Source: Phoronis australis
Taxonomy: Eukaryota > Animalia > Phoronida
NCBI GenBank assembly: GCA_002633005.1
Contig: NMRA01000304.1
Location: 461,200-525,199, forward strand
Length of the DNA stretch: 64,000 bases
Reading direction: 5' to 3'
Part shown: piece after piece, positions 1 to 16,200 of the stretch
How the letters are laid out: each line of letters begins with the position of its first letter
How positions within the stretch are numbered: position 1 is the stretch's first letter
The notes under the pieces: generated by a model
The model's input: only the letters and a program-made list of their open reading frames with translations
Told to the model about the DNA's origin: nothing
The model's database searches: none
Made by a program: the position numbers and the translations under genes

Positions 1-1292
1 TTTTAGGTTCTAATTAGTCACATTTCTTGTCTGATTTTCAAAATTCAAAAAACAGAACCATGTGCGCTTTTCATGAACTATTCAAATACGCTATTTAAAA
101 ATTTCCAAACGAAAACTTAAAAATACTGTTGCCGATCCCATTGTGTTTATGATGGCTCTGATTATCTAGAAAAAGATAACATCAGCAGTCTGAGGCCATG
201 TAATTAACTACCACAGCATGGTGTCTTTGACCAATGACCGGGAAATTTCAAGGCAAGCAAACCTTGATCTACTGGAAAATAATATTTATTTGTAAAATTT
301 GGCTTCAGTACACTAAAATTTCACCAATTTAGGACACAGTATGGCGGATACAAGTGAATGTTTCCCTTGAGAGATATTTAGCACCAAATTAATGGGTTTT
401 TCTTGTTCAAGGTCTTTACCATGAGCTTCCATCTGACATTGTGTTAAGAAGTTGTTGGCTTTGACAACAATGTTAGAAGCCTTTGAGTAATGAAAAGGGG
501 TCAATTTTTGCAAATAATTTTTGTTCAAAATTGGTGATATATAGTTTTATGGTACCTGATATCCTGTAGGTATGTATGGCGTTACAAGTGAGATGAAATA
601 AACACCTTTATACCAAGTCATGTTAAAGTTTTGAAGTTTCACAGTAATTATTTTGTTATTTTGCCGAAAAATAGTTTCCAAAGTTGTCAGTTTATGAACG
701 CCATGTTGCAAATAATCAGAATTAATCAGCCGTAAGTTTTGTGATGGTAGTACGGTACGTTACAAACTGTGCTAATTTTAGAGTAAGAAGTTTCATTATT
801 TTGAAAGTTGACAAATTTCACTTAATCAGCCTCGTGGTATGCTACCTTTGATTTTCAAAAGAGGGCACATCATCGAGGTGTCCCCTTTCCAGATAATTTT
901 GCACGTCTGGTATTTGTTGAAAATGTGGACAACATGTCATATGCTCAATTTTTTGTTATTTCAAGTTTCCATAATCACCTGTCAACAGAGGGTTCGTCAG
1001 ACTTCTATTGTGGAAGTCAAGCTACTGACAATAGTGAAACCTTCCTCTTACAAGATACCTCAGTACCTGAAAAGCCCGTGGGTGGATGATCGGGCTATAC
1101 GTAATTCCAAGAATTCGCCACTCGAAACTCCTGTGGGAGCTGTTTTTGGATACCACTTTGGTATTGAGAATGATTTTGAAAGAGCCTCCAGTGCTAAATA
1201 AGCTCAGAATCACCATAAATGTTTTTGCTTTTCTATTTTCATCTTTTCACAGTTGCGGTATTGTTAACCATAACAAATGTTTTGTATTTCAG

Positions 1293-4200
1293 GGCTGTAC
1301 AATTTACGAGCTTCTGACATAGACTACAACCCCGTGTTTGTTGCCTACGCGATAGTCTTGAAGGATGAACTCAGGTAACATAAAGGCCGAATGTCTCGAA
1401 ATCCTACCCCAGTTTTGGAAAGAAAAATATTTTCCAAAACTCTATCCTTTTTGCCAGTTTCCATGGGCCTCTAACACTGTTAAAGCCCTTGGTTTGAAAC
1501 TATTTTATGGCGGATGTCGCAGTACAGAAATTGAAATTGTTAAAGCGTGATGCTTCTTCTCTTGCGTGTTTCTTGGAAAGTATTCACCCTATTGTCCTAA
1601 ACTGGTGATATTTCACTGCACATATCTGTGCTTATCATGCTTAGGCTTATGCATGGGTCGGGCGGGGGAAGTTTCACCCCTGTGGGGTTTAACCTGGAGT
1701 TTTCTGATTATCATTCATAGGCAGGCATTGAGTTAGTCCAACATTATGGGGGGGTCACTTGTAAGCACAACTTAAAAGTCATGTTGTAGAAGACGTTATC
1801 CTAAAAGAGGCCGGAACTACATGTTTCAACATTTTGATGTGAATTTTGAAAGTATAAAGGTTGGTTACTGACATCCACATATTCCTGTATAGTGCGCAGT
1901 ATTTTTCTTTTTTACTTTGAAAAGTAAAAAATTTTTAGTTCCGTAAAGCCCCACTGCAAGTGCTGTTTTTTGTGACGTCATTGAGGCTGTACAGAACAAA
2001 GAGATATAGGTCATTAGCCGTGGAGTACATAGTCCAGTCGACAGATCAACATGTCCATACTCACAATTTTTTATTTTTTTTTTTGTTCTTTCCTGTGACA
2101 TTGATTCATCCCGGGGCCTAGCCTGAGCCAGCAACTGTATAAGACTATCTTCAATGTACAGCTAGGTACCAGTAGCACTGTGTGTTGAGCTCTGTTAGGC
2201 TCCGAAATTTCACATAGCCCGGGTAGTTCTGCTCGTCACCTTGTCGTGAAACTTATATCAACGTGTAGAGCTATAAACCGGCCGGGGAGAGTGCAAATCT
2301 GGGTCTCAACCGACACTCACCTTGCCTGCTGAAATCGTTTAGTGAAAATCAATATTTTAGTAAACGTTATTTTATGTCATAATTCTCAGCCTTTTGTAAC
2401 AATCAAAACAGTGCGCTCAACATGCGCTTAATTTCTAAAATTTTGCGACATCTGTCAGGAGATGATGACAGCTTCGCAGGAGCAAAATTTTTTTATGAAA
2501 TTCGGTTTCCTGGTATTAAAATACAAAAAACTTGTAAGGAAATGAAGCTCTAATTATTGGTTGTGACATACACAACTTCGAAGAACAGTTCGATCGCATG
2601 TTATACTTGGAAGAAGAACAATTCGGGGAACGAAACTGACCAATAAGGCAACAGGTGACGGCGCCAAAAGCCGACCTTAAAGAGCGCACCCAAATTTTAG
2701 CAGCATAGTGAACAGCAGAACGCCAATTTTTTCAACGCTAGTAAATACTTTAGTTTACTCAAGGAAGAGTGTAATTTTTAATGACACTAATTTTGTGTCA
2801 GATTTTGTTTGATCAGGTTTTTACCCATGTCAGTGCAACGGCCGCTGTATATTTAGTATTACAGGTTGCACTGGCAAGGCTACGCAGTCGGTGCCCTTTC
2901 CTGCTTGGCCGCCAATAGTCAACACTACACGGCAGTAAACTTGTATTATGAACTTTGAGAGCTGAGATCACAGACGTTGTACACATTACAGCACAGTTCT
3001 GTAGCCGCAGAGAGACATTTACCCAATGAGTTTTTATATATAGTAAGCTTAATTTATCTCATTGCTATCACCTACGAGACAGCCACAGTGTTGTCAGACG
3101 CGCCTTAGCCAATAGAAATTAACATTGGAAAAACGCTTGTTTTACAAAAATGTGAAAGAATAACAAAGATGTGATTTCTGATATAGGCTTTTTAAATTAC
3201 ATTAAAAATGCAATCAGGAACCTTTTAAGGTATATTCCTGAATGTTTTATAACTTCGTGTTCAAGCCAGTCATGCAGCGCCGATATCGTCAAGATTGAAA
3301 ACCATTGCTTTGACATAATGTACTGCAGGGGAAAAGTTTGTCGTCGTTTTTTCAGTAATATAGCAATTCTTTACTTGTTCGGCACGCAATATGGCCAACA
3401 AGTGAAATTCTATTTTATCATGTTTCTGACAAAAATAAAGGTTAAGAAATTTGTAGTCTATTTCTAGAATAACGTGTAGATGTTATAAAACATTTGATAA
3501 AGTTTCCATTATTTGTAACAGAGCAGCCAACCTTTGAAAAACTGAAAAATTACAAGCTTGACAATTGTTTTCGTGCGTAATGTCTGGAGAAATTACAGTA
3601 GCATTGTTAAAAACATGATGAAACCATTGATTGAATAAAGTTCATGGATTGTTTCAATTGTGAGATTCACCTCCGCTAACATGATTTACATGTGACCTAG
3701 TTAGCAAGGCGGGGTCTTCCATGAAACTGCGTAGGATTAAACAGACATGTGGCAATGTGGTGACATCTTTATGAAAATATATGATTAGACATTGACATCA
3801 TTCCCGGACATTGAATTAAGTATAGCCCAGAATTTCCTGAACGAAACTAAAACGATGGAAAAAGAACTTGCGTTATGTTCAATGTCATCCAGCAGTAGAT
3901 TTAAATATACAAAAAACATAAACAGGACTGCCAATCATACAAAAGTGTTCAGTTGATTGTCTGGGAATGATATCGAGGACAAATCAAGGGCATCTATTTA
4001 TGATTTGAGTTGCTCATCAGTCACAGAGTTGTCAGGCTTGTCTAAAAAAGTTGTTTTTCAGTTAGACAACTGGTAAATCTTATTTTATAGTGTTGAACCT
4101 TATTTCCAGGGAGTGTACCACGTTCAGTCTTACATTAGAATTGTATTGGAAATGGTCAGTACTGTAGTGCTGCGATCAAACAACATATTGTATTTACTAA

Positions 4201-7200
4201 ATGTTCAGTTGAGCTCAAGCAGCATTCAATAAGCAGCCAATTGAAAAGCAGCATAATGCTGTTATGGTTTTATGAAGTGGACTTCTCTGGCTGGGCATCA
4301 AGCAGTATACCCTGGACACACTATTATCACCGGTGCTGTTTCTGCCCACAAAAAGGGTGAAACTCAGTGAAATCAGAAGTCTTGATTGTTCAGACTACTT
4401 TTATCTTAATGCTGTCGGATTAAAGTACTATAAAAAATAAGCGAGCGGAAAGAATTTAGGTTTTCTGACTTCCAGAGTTGCCATAATAGTTGCAGAGTTG
4501 CCCTCGTGCCAACTCTGGAGGGTCCGTCAGGAAAATATAATGTTATGGAAGTAAACAATATGCACAGTAATAAAAATACTCAGTGTAAGAATCGGGCAAA
4601 AAATACACATTTATCATACTCAAGACAATTGCACTTTAATTTTGTTAGTTCAGGACTGACTATTTTCTGTCATTTCTTCCACAACCATCACTTAACACAG
4701 CTGGTGACAAGTACTTCCAAAGGGATTATTACTCAAACTCTCTTTGCATATCTCTATTCTCCCCTTCGTTAATTATATGTTAATCTTATGTATCAGGTCA
4801 TTAGGCTTTTATAGCGACCATGCCACAATTTCAGGTTATATCTTGCCCCTAACCGTGTAACTCCATCCGTCCGCACACACCTCAACACTGGGGATGATGA
4901 TTCGTGCTCGGGAAGAAACGACAAATGTGTTCAAGTGAGTTGTTCATTTGAACCTGTGGCATGCTTCATTAAAAGTGACTTTTGAAGACTTTTCAGACAA
5001 AAATTTGGTCTTAGACTTCACGCATAGCTATTTCTGAAGAGCATTAAATCTCATTTGGGCAAAAGTGCAAAATCTGCACTTTAAGCGAATATACTTATAA
5101 CTGCTTGTTACTAAGATAATTTCTGTAATTTTTTTCTAGTAAGACCGTGTTGGGCTCAGAACTACTAAAGAAACCTTTATTCAGACATTGCAAAGTGGGA
5201 GCGTAAGATCAAATTTCTGTCTAAAGTCTTAAGGCACTTCCATGAAACAGACCCCCTGGGGTTCCATGGTTCTGTCCACTTGGATTTTCTCTCACTTTTC
5301 AAGTTATGCAAGTAACATTTTGATTGATGACAAAAGACAGTTAACCTGAGCCCGCATGTGTGTTAACTACCTCTTTAACATTGACATACTATGTTTTTTG
5401 TAGCATTTCTAGTAAATAAAACATAATTGAATGGTTACAATTTTGTGGTTGCTGTGCATAAAAGTATGAATTTTCTTACTAGTTGAATCTTGACTGCCGG
5501 TATTTGATTTCTTAAAACCCTGTTTGTACCAGTTGACTGATTTTTGCTACTGATTTACCTGATGCTTTGAGAATGCCAGAACGGTTTTGCAACTCTAGCT
5601 GATTAAGTTCACAAAGACAACGAAAATTGCATGATCTCAACTCAGTCCTCAGAGAGGCTGCGAGTGGCCACTTTCATATTGTAACAACAATTCTTTTAGT
5701 TAAAATACGTAACTATGCGTATCAGTTTTGCAAACTTTGCAGTAGATTGCTTCAAATGTTTACAAGTAAGCATTAGGTTCCTATGGTATTTCACTTTTAA
5801 AAGTGTTATTTCAAAGAGTGAGATGTTTAGTATTTTGTCGGGCTGTAAAAACTGGATTCAGTGCCTCTTTACATGCTGGAAGTTCTTCTGAGGGGTTTTA
5901 TGGCCAGTCACAACCTCATTTAGGTGTTTTTGTGGTGTCCAGTTGTTGTCTGTGTTGGAGGTTGTTGTTAGACAAAACTTAGGCACTGTGTTTATGATTG
6001 CATAGACAAAACCCAGACCTTATGTTGCCTGTGTTATCTGTTAGATTTTTTTGAGTTGTCAGTTCATGTTGCAAAATTGGATTTGTGGCAAAAAATGTTC
6101 TCGACCATTGTTAACAGTTTAAAATTCGGTCAACTCATAATCATGGTTTTGTGCTTTTACTTTGTGAATCCTTACTGGGGTTTTACCTGTACTGAAACTG
6201 TTTAGTCTTAAGGTAGCCGAGGTGGAAGTTACCATAGCAATTGCAAGCACAAGTGAAGTTCAGTTTGATTAATTGCTTTTTAGGAAGTGGATTTTAGCCA
6301 CTAAGGGTGTATGAAAACTGGCTTAGGGGGCTGAGCACATTCTGTAAATTTTTGTTTTTATTTCCAGATAATGCCCTATACTGCCATCTTCAGTGACATC
6401 AGTAATTTAAATAGAACGATTAGCAAGATCTGGATCAGCAAGCTTTCCAGCTATGGTTGTTACAGTCGAGTCTCTGAGGTATTTTATATTGTGTTCAAAC
6501 AGTAATTTTGACACGATGTTAAGTGACATGGCAGTGTCTGCCAACTGATGCTTTAGTCTAACTTGCTCGACCATATACATTGACAAGACAACAACTGAAG
6601 TTTAATTAAATTGTTAATGAAATCTCGTGTCCTCGAAAATCAGCGAAATTTGAATTTGTTGTTATACATGATTCACAGTTTTAAGGCAAGGTCTCACCAA
6701 TTTCAGTCAAAAATAATTGGCAAAATTGCACTTTTCCATTTTTCAACGTATTTTAACAATTTTTCAAGATATTGCCTGTTGGTAGCTATGGTACAGAATT
6801 TGGATATGACAAGCATAATTCTGGTACTGTGTATCATTTGTGAAAAAATTAAATTTCAACTGTTTGCCTTATTGCATGCTGAATTCAGGTGAGATTTTAC
6901 CCTGACTGCCCTCTAGTGGAAGGTTTGGTGTTTTGGTTTTACTATCTCTGAGTGATGTTTATTGGGCCATCCAATCGCCACCACATCATTTTTGACCCAC
7001 CCCTTTGTTGTGTAAAATGGTTGAAGCCAGAGCAGTCCATTAGTGGGCAACCTTTTGCATTTTGAAAGGAAGATCAACTCTATCAGTATACATGTTTGTG
7101 TTCAAATTGACTAGTTGTCAATTCAGTTAAGTATCTAATTTTCGTTTGGTGTTCCTTCCGGGTGTTTGCTACCACTGCAATGAAGGTAGTCAAATTTCGA

Positions 7201-10200
7201 TGAAATCTGTAGGTGATATTTTCAGGAAACCACTTTGTACGTGCACAGTATCAAAGAATGCCTCACAGATGCAATAGCGTTTAACTAAGATGATCAATTT
7301 GAACTGTTATTACACCCGTTTGTGTTCAGACAGGCAGTTGATATGGATTAAGATGATTCTGGTTTAATTTGCATGAGTTTACATATATGGGAACTTAATT
7401 GACAGAACGGGGTCAATTTAAACCTTGTCAAATTTCATAGGCTCTGGGTGCAAATCTAATATTAGTAACTGAATGATTGAATGTTAAATTTTTAAATCTT
7501 TTCTTTTCCTTTAAAGTGTTAGATGCCTTGGACTGTGAAAATATCCACCTGGATTTAAATTGGCTTTATTTGTTGTTGTTTGTGTTCATGTGGAGAATTT
7601 CTGGCTTACACTGGTTACCTCTCTGATTTCCTAAGCCCCAGACAACTTTTATGATCCCTATTCAGCACGCCCTTTGTATTGATGCAGATCTGAGTTAATG
7701 AAGTAGAAAGGTAATAGCTAGCACTACTTTCTTAACAATGGTGGTCCTTATTACACCTGAATTGTTTTTCACTGGCATTTGCACAGAGTTAAAGCCTGCA
7801 ATGTGGAGAGCAGTTTTAACTGGGTACATGTTAAATATTACAAAAAGACTAAACAGTTAATTTGCATTGATGTTGACAAAGGGACACTTCCCAAAGAAAC
7901 ATTGGTTTTAAATATGTTACATATCTGTTTTCATTACTTTATTTTAATACTCCTGTCTACTTGCTTTTTTTCTCACGGGTTAGGGTTGCTATCTTTTCAT
8001 TTTGTGTTTAAACGAAGCATCAAAACAACTTAGAAGTTGTGAACCCATCCCTGATATTTCCAGATTACAGCTACACCAAGCATGTCACAGCAAACAAAAC
8101 TCTTCGTGCCATTACTTCAAGTTCAATCTTTATCAGAACTCAAATCATAAAATATATACAAATGTGCAAATATGGTGATAGCCAAACTGAAGATTTGGAA
8201 CCTCTTGACAATTTTGGTTGCAGTAACTACATAACTATTCTAGCTTTTTCTCAGTAATAAAAAATGAAATCACAGCTCTTGCCCACCAACCAACCTCACC
8301 CACTGCTTACATTCTCTCGTCCACTTAAAAGCTTAAGCCATCTATAATAGTTGCCTTCACAGGTGTTCCATAACAACTACAAGCTAACTATCGAAACTGG
8401 CGCATTTCCGCGAATAGCAGTTTTCCAGTTAGTGTACTACTCCTGAAGTAAAGTAGTTCGGCATGCACCCGGCCATAAGCGATGTTTTAAAAATTATTGA
8501 CATCTACATGTCGTGAACACATCCACTAAAACAAGAAACTGTAGGAACACCGCATTTATCCACCTTCACTCTTATCAGGCTTCTATTGTGAGTCAGCATG
8601 CGTGAATAATTGGCTGATAAGCCACCTCTGGAACTACTTTGGGCTGAATGGATGACCAGGCCATAAAATGATAATTAGCCAAGACCAGTTATTATAATGC
8701 AACAAAGAACAAGTAATAATGTCTTGCATCACCTAGCCTTGGTGGAAAGCTGTATACTGTATTGGCTCAAACAAACGCNCTCTTCGTGCCATTACTTCAA
8801 GTTCAATCTTTATCAGAACTCAAATCATAAAATATATACAAATGTGCAAATATGGTGATAGCCAAACTGAAGATTTGGAACCTCTTGACAATTTTGGTTG
8901 CAGTAACTACATAACTATTCTAGCTTTTTCTCAGTAATAAAAAATGAAATCACAGCTCTTGCCCACCAACCAACCTCACCCACTGCTTACATTCTCTCGT
9001 CCACTTAAAAGCTTAAGCCATCTATAATAGTTGCCTTCACAGGTGTTCCATAACAACTACAAGCTAACTATCGAAACTGGCGCATTTCCGCGAATAGCAG
9101 TTTTCCAGTTAGTGTACTACTCCTGAAGTAAAGTAGTTCGGCATGCACTCGGCCATAAGAGCTGTTTTAAAAATTATTGATATCTAATTTAGTCACTGTG
9201 TGTTGTTCATAGATGTTTCAATGTAGCTTAGTTGTATATTAAAAGAATAATCCACGTGATATTGTTAACTCTGATCATCGAGTACATCAATACGCACATT
9301 TGTTTAATCATACCTAATGTTTGTAGCTTTTAGCTTAAATTGATTTTTAAAATTCGAAAACCAAACTTGGTTGTTTTTTTTTCCATCTGAATACAGCTGT
9401 GGTATTTGTTTTTAATAACTGTTGGTTAATGCATTTTGAAAATTCGCCAGTATGTACAGGCAGAGGTGTTTACTACAGTTTATGGTTGAGTAATTACACT
9501 TAATTGGGTCTTGCTTGCACCGGACAATGCAGTCATCGCAACTGAGTACGATTCTGGCGTCACGCTCACTTTGAACCCTGTAAAAGCCGCTCAGAAGGAC
9601 GAGCGTTGAAAAGTCACGCATATCTTTAGAAATGTGTGACTTATGTGTAAGCGTATTCTTCACGGCATGTACATATTTGTTTTATATGAATGTGAAAAAT
9701 CTAATTTAACTGCAAAAATTCTCTCATTTTGATGTAGTGATTTGCAACCATAGGTGAAAGCAATTATTGAAAATGACTAGATGATACATAATTTGTGCAA
9801 TTCTTCTCAGGACAAACTCGTGTCTAGCTACTCTCCTATTGCCTTGATGAAGGCGATGAAAAACTCCGTAGAGAGACAAGGAATGGCAAACAGTCACGTA
9901 AGTGTCTGTTACACATCCGTGATGCTTTACTTGTGCTGTTTTAGAAAATTCCGTTTGTCATTTTTCACTTCTTTTATATACCATGATCTGTGATAAGTTT
10001 TGAAATGTTTCGACTCGAAGGAAGATGGCTGTTCAGTTTTGATGTGTAGTTTTAAAGCGAACGCTTTATTATTCTAAAGGTGTGCGCTGTTGTGCTCTTA
10101 TGTACAAAAAGTTCAAAATAGGTTAAAGTCAGTTTTTATGGTTTCCATCACAAAATGATGGTGTTACTTCTTTTTTGGCCTTAAATAGCCTGCGCTAAAA

Positions 10201-13200
10201 AAGTGTCTTATATTTTTATAATATTTCATTTCTAAAGCAAATTTATAAATGTATTTGTTTGGTATTTGTTTTGCACCAGGATATTTACTGAAAAATTACA
10301 GTAATTTTTCTATTGTTTAAGGCCTGCCACTTTTTCGTATAAATTGTTAATTAGTTACAAAGCATTGTGTTAAGACTTTTTAGTCTTTATGAAATCCCAT
10401 ACAAGTTGTTACAGTTTTCTCGACTATCATTTTGCTTTCATTTTAAAACTCTATTTTGTCATAGCCTATGATGCTTAAGCGAACAGTTAAAAAACAATTC
10501 CTAATATTGTTTTGAAAAGCACTGATTAAAGGATACTACCAGTAAATGTTTTAGGCGAGTCAGACTAATCATTTCTATGATGTTCCGATGTTTTTTAAAT
10601 TTCTACACCTAACCTCAATGAATGAATAACAATAATCGTGCTGTTTTTCTCCAAGGGAGTTGAAACACTTTACAAAAAGAGCCATAACAGATTGTTTGTG
10701 ACAATATGATCGTGGTTTTGTTTTTTTAGGTACGCGACGCAGTTGCCTTGATCACTTTCATGGCATTTTTGGAAAAGGAGATTGAAAGTGGAAAACGATA
10801 CACAGAGATGTCTGCAGCTGCTAAACTGAAGGAATACAGAAGGTAAGACTTACTTTACGACAGCATCAACAGCAGCAGCAGCAGCAGCTGCAGCAGCTGC
10901 AGCAGCACAAGTTAAGGTTGTGTAAGAAACTAGGAAAATGTCCAAATTTGGTAATTGTGGAACATCACATCTCAGATTCATATGAAACTTTCACAACGTA
11001 GGGTTTATGCACTGTTTTCTAAATTGCTGTAAGTCACCTTTAAAATGTTTCACTTTTTCCTGGGGTTGTACAAAGAAGACTCAAAAGTTGCATAAAATGA
11101 AAACAGAATATTTTAGAAAACTCAGGTAACAGCATTTTCGAGATTGCATCTTGAATGTTTATAACAAGTGAAATTCGTATATGTCATTGATGTTTTGCTA
11201 TGAGTGTACCCATCTTGTTTGTTAAAATTTATTTAAAAGACATTGTCACATGACCTAATGAGTGACAGATAGACAACAGATAAACATTTAAGTCTATGTG
11301 CTTTCTACTTTCACAGACTTAATTTGGTCAAATGCACTGACTTGTTTAATTAGGTAATACATGATCTTAAAGCAATACTCTAAAATTGTGAAGAAAGAAA
11401 CAACCAAAATCAGGTTTAAGAGGTCCCTTGCTAACAAACTACAGGTAAATGTTTTTAGATTTTCCAGCAATGATGTTTGATGATAGAAATCAAAATAGGA
11501 TGGGTGGGGGAGGTGCAGCTGAGATCAGGCGTGGGGAGGTGGAAACTGAGGGCTGGGTCAAGAAAGAAAGATGAGAACTGGAAAGTTTTTGAACACCTGC
11601 AATAATGTGGATTGTGGATCATGACCACACAGGTGTCACAACCAGTGCACAGGGAACATATACTACATCCATGTTGCAGTCATACAGAAATGGCAGAGTG
11701 GTGCGTGTATGCTAAACCCAACCAGCTCATAAGGCAATTTTATTATGATAGATGGTCCCGAGTAACTTAAGCTCAACCACTTGGGACTGTTAAAATTCCT
11801 TAACAAACAATAAAATCAGTTGGTCATCCATATGATTTCACACTTTAATGATATCTCAAACCTTATTCATGAAAATTGACCGTTTTTATAATATTTCACA
11901 TGTCAAGCAACATGCCTTATCTTCATCCTCGGGGAACTTCAAGTGCGAAATATATAGCATGTATCAAGAAAAAAAGATTTAGCGCAACCACCTTCAAATT
12001 TGTTTACCACTTCTCCGGGGTCAAAGGTTACAGAGTTGTCACTCAAAATCGAATCTCCTGGCGCCAGGCCTAGAGCAGTTCTATATGTACCCTTAGTCCT
12101 TTCATTCACCAAGTCACCATAATACTGAGTCAACGAGGTATATATAGCTTGGAAAGATGCCATGGAAAACGAAGATAAAGCATTCATCAATCTCAAAAAC
12201 ACTGTTAGGGTTTTCTTTTCAAATACCTAGTTTTTGCACACCGTAAAACAGATGAATAAGCTACTATTTTTTACAAAAATATGTTGCGTTCTGCGAGTTA
12301 AGTTGGCGTAGAAACAAAACTAATTGAGTAACCGAAAATTCGAATGTTTTTGAGGTAAATTATGAAGTTTTCATTAAAATGGGCTTTAATTCTTTAAAAT
12401 CGACCGATGGGTTATTTTGCTATGAATGTACCTTTCTTGAAGATGAAATTTTGACTCAAAAAGGTGGTAACGTAATAATTAAATAAAACATAGTTTTATA
12501 ATCTATGATCATTTATCTTTCAAAATATTTATACTTTTGCTAGTTGACACAGCCGGTTTTTTGATAATTATACAAGACAGAATGAATAAATGACTATATA
12601 AGGTTTGAGATAACCTTAAGCTCACAGTGACAATAACTTAATAGTGGCCTAACACAATCAAAACATTTTGTTTTCATTTTTCTGTCTTTTGATACACTCA
12701 AATCAGTAATTAAAAACAGCATGTCCAGGTGTGATGGTCCATAAAGTCACCATCCTTGAATTTTGGCTATTTTGCATTGCTGGTCTGTATTTGTGATAAG
12801 TTTTCTTGCATGTGATGTTTTCCATACCGTAGCAAACAGGCTAACAACATGGGACTGAGTTTTCCCTCCATTTCTTCTGTTGGTTCCAACGGGGCCATCA
12901 TTCACTACAAACCGACGAAAGAGACCGATAGAGAACTGACCACAAAGGATATGTACTTGCTGGACTCTGGTGGACAGTACTTGTAAGTGGTGGTCAAGAT
13001 ATGTTGAGATTTGGCAGAATGAATTTTCATAGCAGGCACCGTTAAATAGTGTAGGGAATTATGCTCAGATTTGTTAGGCGTTTGGACTTTTGTAGCCATG
13101 AAAGTGAGATCTTGCAACTGAAGTTTCCATTAGTTCTGGATTCCAATTTACAAAACTCATTGAAAGTTCAAAACTTGTAGCCATTAATTTTGAACATTAA

Positions 13201-16200
13201 GGTGCTTTTAATGTCTTTCATTTTGTGAATGCTTAAAAATGCCTAAACTTATGTCTGAAAATGTCAAAAAATTAAAGTATCTAAATTTGTTTTAAAATTT
13301 GTTTATTTATTATTTTATTTGCTCTCTGGAGTTGAATCTTATTTATTTCATAATTCCTTGAATTCATTGTATTTTGTTGTTTTCCATGTTGGTCGGAGGT
13401 GTATTGAATTATTTCTCGTACCTCCTGGAAACCAGAAATGATAAATTTTAATGAAATAAATCAAATCAAGTAGCATTTCCTTTTTAAGTGCTGAAAGTCA
13501 TACTGGCCTCTTTAGATACAGTAAGATTAACAGAAGTCAAACATACACGTGGAAGAATCTCATAAGTTTCAGACAAAGCATAATTGCCAAAACTGCATTT
13601 TTTCAATTTTCAACTGCTTCTAACGTTGTGAAAGCCCAAAAGTGTTTAAAATATTGTCTGTTGGTAGCTTTAGTCAGGAACTTGAATACGGCTTAATGGT
13701 ACTGTGTATCATTCATGAAAAAACGAGACCACAGTTTCACCTGTCTCCCTAGTATGGCATTGTGTCTTTTAAGACATAAAAATTGGTGTGACTTTACCGT
13801 AAGTCATTTTTATTGGGAAAAATACCGCTGTTTTGCAGTACGGTTGTTCCACTTTGTGCACTCAATCCTTCGGATGAGTTGGATACTCATGTGAGATCTC
13901 TCAGTGCGGTAGGACCTGACTTATGCGAATTTTACTGTATTTGATTGCTGACGCATTGAAGCTTGACTTTCAATTATTTTCAGCTGTACAGTAAAAATCT
14001 GGCTCACATTATGATGGCCAGGAGAAATTTCGTTTTCTTGTTTTCTTTTCCATGAAAGTTATTTACCACCTAATTAACTGTATTCCATCTTCCATCTTCC
14101 TAGTGAAAATATATGCTGCAACCAGCAGATAATATTTTCATAAACTGTGCACATCTGTAACAACGCTAAAAGGCTTTGAAAATGAGAAATGGGTAATATT
14201 GGCAGATATCGGTGAGATGTTATTGTAACATAGCTTTTGAGAAAAAATTTTATACAGACATTATGGACTAAATTGTTTGTTGTAATACCTGACGAAATTG
14301 GTTGTTTCTCGTTATTCTTTTGCAAAATGATTGTACTTCAGGTCAAAAACTTAATTCTGTTTGAGCATTGTATCTACAGTCTTTGCGATACTTTCACAGT
14401 GACATTGTTCTTACTTATGCAGGGATGGAACGACAGATGTGACGAGAACTTTTCATTTTGGCACACCCACAGACTTTGAAAAGGTATGCTCTGATTGTAC
14501 AGGATGGGATGAAAATCTAGCAGAATCGAGCGTTTTTGAGAATCGAATGTCATCTTGAGCATTCATAATTACATTGCACTTACTGCGAAGTCGGTGGCAA
14601 GTTTTCTCCTGTGTCGATTGGCCCGAGTTTTGCTCACTATGATTGGGTACAATCAGACGTGGCTTGCATCAGCACTTCAGGTTTTGAACCCGAATTCTTA
14701 GCAAGAGACATTTAATATGCTGTCCAGTGTTAAGTTTTAAATTCGCACTTTCACAGATGGGACAAAGTTATCTTTGCCTTCGTCTTGAGGAAATACATTC
14801 CAGCAACTTTGAATGAAAAAATAAACATCCAACTCTGAGAGGAGTTTCATTAATTTGAAGAGTGAAAGTCGCAGAACTAGCACAATGGGTTCTTCTTGTA
14901 AAACTGCTTTCTGGAGAAACTTGACATCACAGATGTTTACTTTGTTTAATTAAATTAAGCACAACACCTGATTCATACAGAAATTGTGTAACTCCAACCA
15001 GCTCTTTTGGCCTCAGGAGAAAACTTGACTACGGAATATGATTTTCTTTATTTTTTTGTATGGTTCTGAAATGTTCATACTATAAATTTGAATACAGAAA
15101 TTGATAAACATAATGTGATGAGTAATCGTAAAGTCATTAACCATTCCCTAGACACAATTTTTAGTTGTAACTGTCACCCATGGAACAGTTTAGCCAAATA
15201 CAAGTAATTTAGTTCATTTTAAAAATTCCATCCACCATAAGCTTCGAGTACTTCTTTAATTTTCCAATTCTCTTTAGGAAGCCTATACCCTCGTTCTTAT
15301 GGGCTCAATAGATCTTGCCAGGGCTGTTTGGCCTGAAGGAGTTTATGGTAAGGTCTTGTTTGGCTGTACTTTGTCATGATCCCGGTGTGTGTTTCACTAT
15401 GACTCCATTCTTTTGCACAAAAAGATGCGTGCCAAAATTGTTACTTTTTTACTTTTCAAAAGCTGTCTACCTTCCTGTAAATAATGGAAACTATCAAATG
15501 TTGTTTTAGGACACCTACACAGTACAACCTTAATGCATGTAGTAAACTAAAATGTTATTAATTTTTATTTCGTGGAGACATTTGACAAAATAAATTTCAC
15601 TAGTCAGCAAAGTTTTGTGCTAGGAATTAACTGTTAGTGATGTTAATAAACGGACCTTCAGAGGGGTTTCAGGTCATTATCTTATCATTGTGTCTGAAAA
15701 CCAACGATTTATTACATAACCACTGATACTTCTGTCCTATGATTGGCTGAAACACAGTTATTATTTTTTGTAGGAAATATGCTAGATTCTAACTGTTGAT
15801 CTCTTCACTGTTACTGCAGGTCGTGCCATAGATGCCTTTGCACGTGGTCCGTTATGGAGGGCTGGATTGGACTATAGGCACGGGACAGGGCACGGTATTG
15901 GTCACTTTCTCAGTGTTCATGAAGGTAAGCGAGGCTAAACTTAGTAAATTAGTTAAGGTATGAGGTTAAACTGAAAGTTAGTTGAGTGTTAAGGAGCACA
16001 TTGATAATAGTTCTTGTCATTTAAACTCATGACTGGGTGTTTAATTCATCATTAACAGTGGTCAGGATGCAAATTGGGAAAATATTTTATGACGAGAAAT
16101 GTGTTTTCTCATAATTTAAGGTCAGTGTCTACCTTTGTTACTAAACATTTGATTTTTTTAAAATAACTTTTGAACTATTAACAGTAGACTCATAAAACTA

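Noticed and set aside
313-1216. Short overlapping ORFs at the window start
   Set aside because: No protein similarity recognised; intronic to the aminopeptidase gene and probably repeat-derived.
10861-10907. Poly-Gln coding tract
   Set aside because: It lies after a clear GTAAG donor, and the protein continues in frame at 12833.
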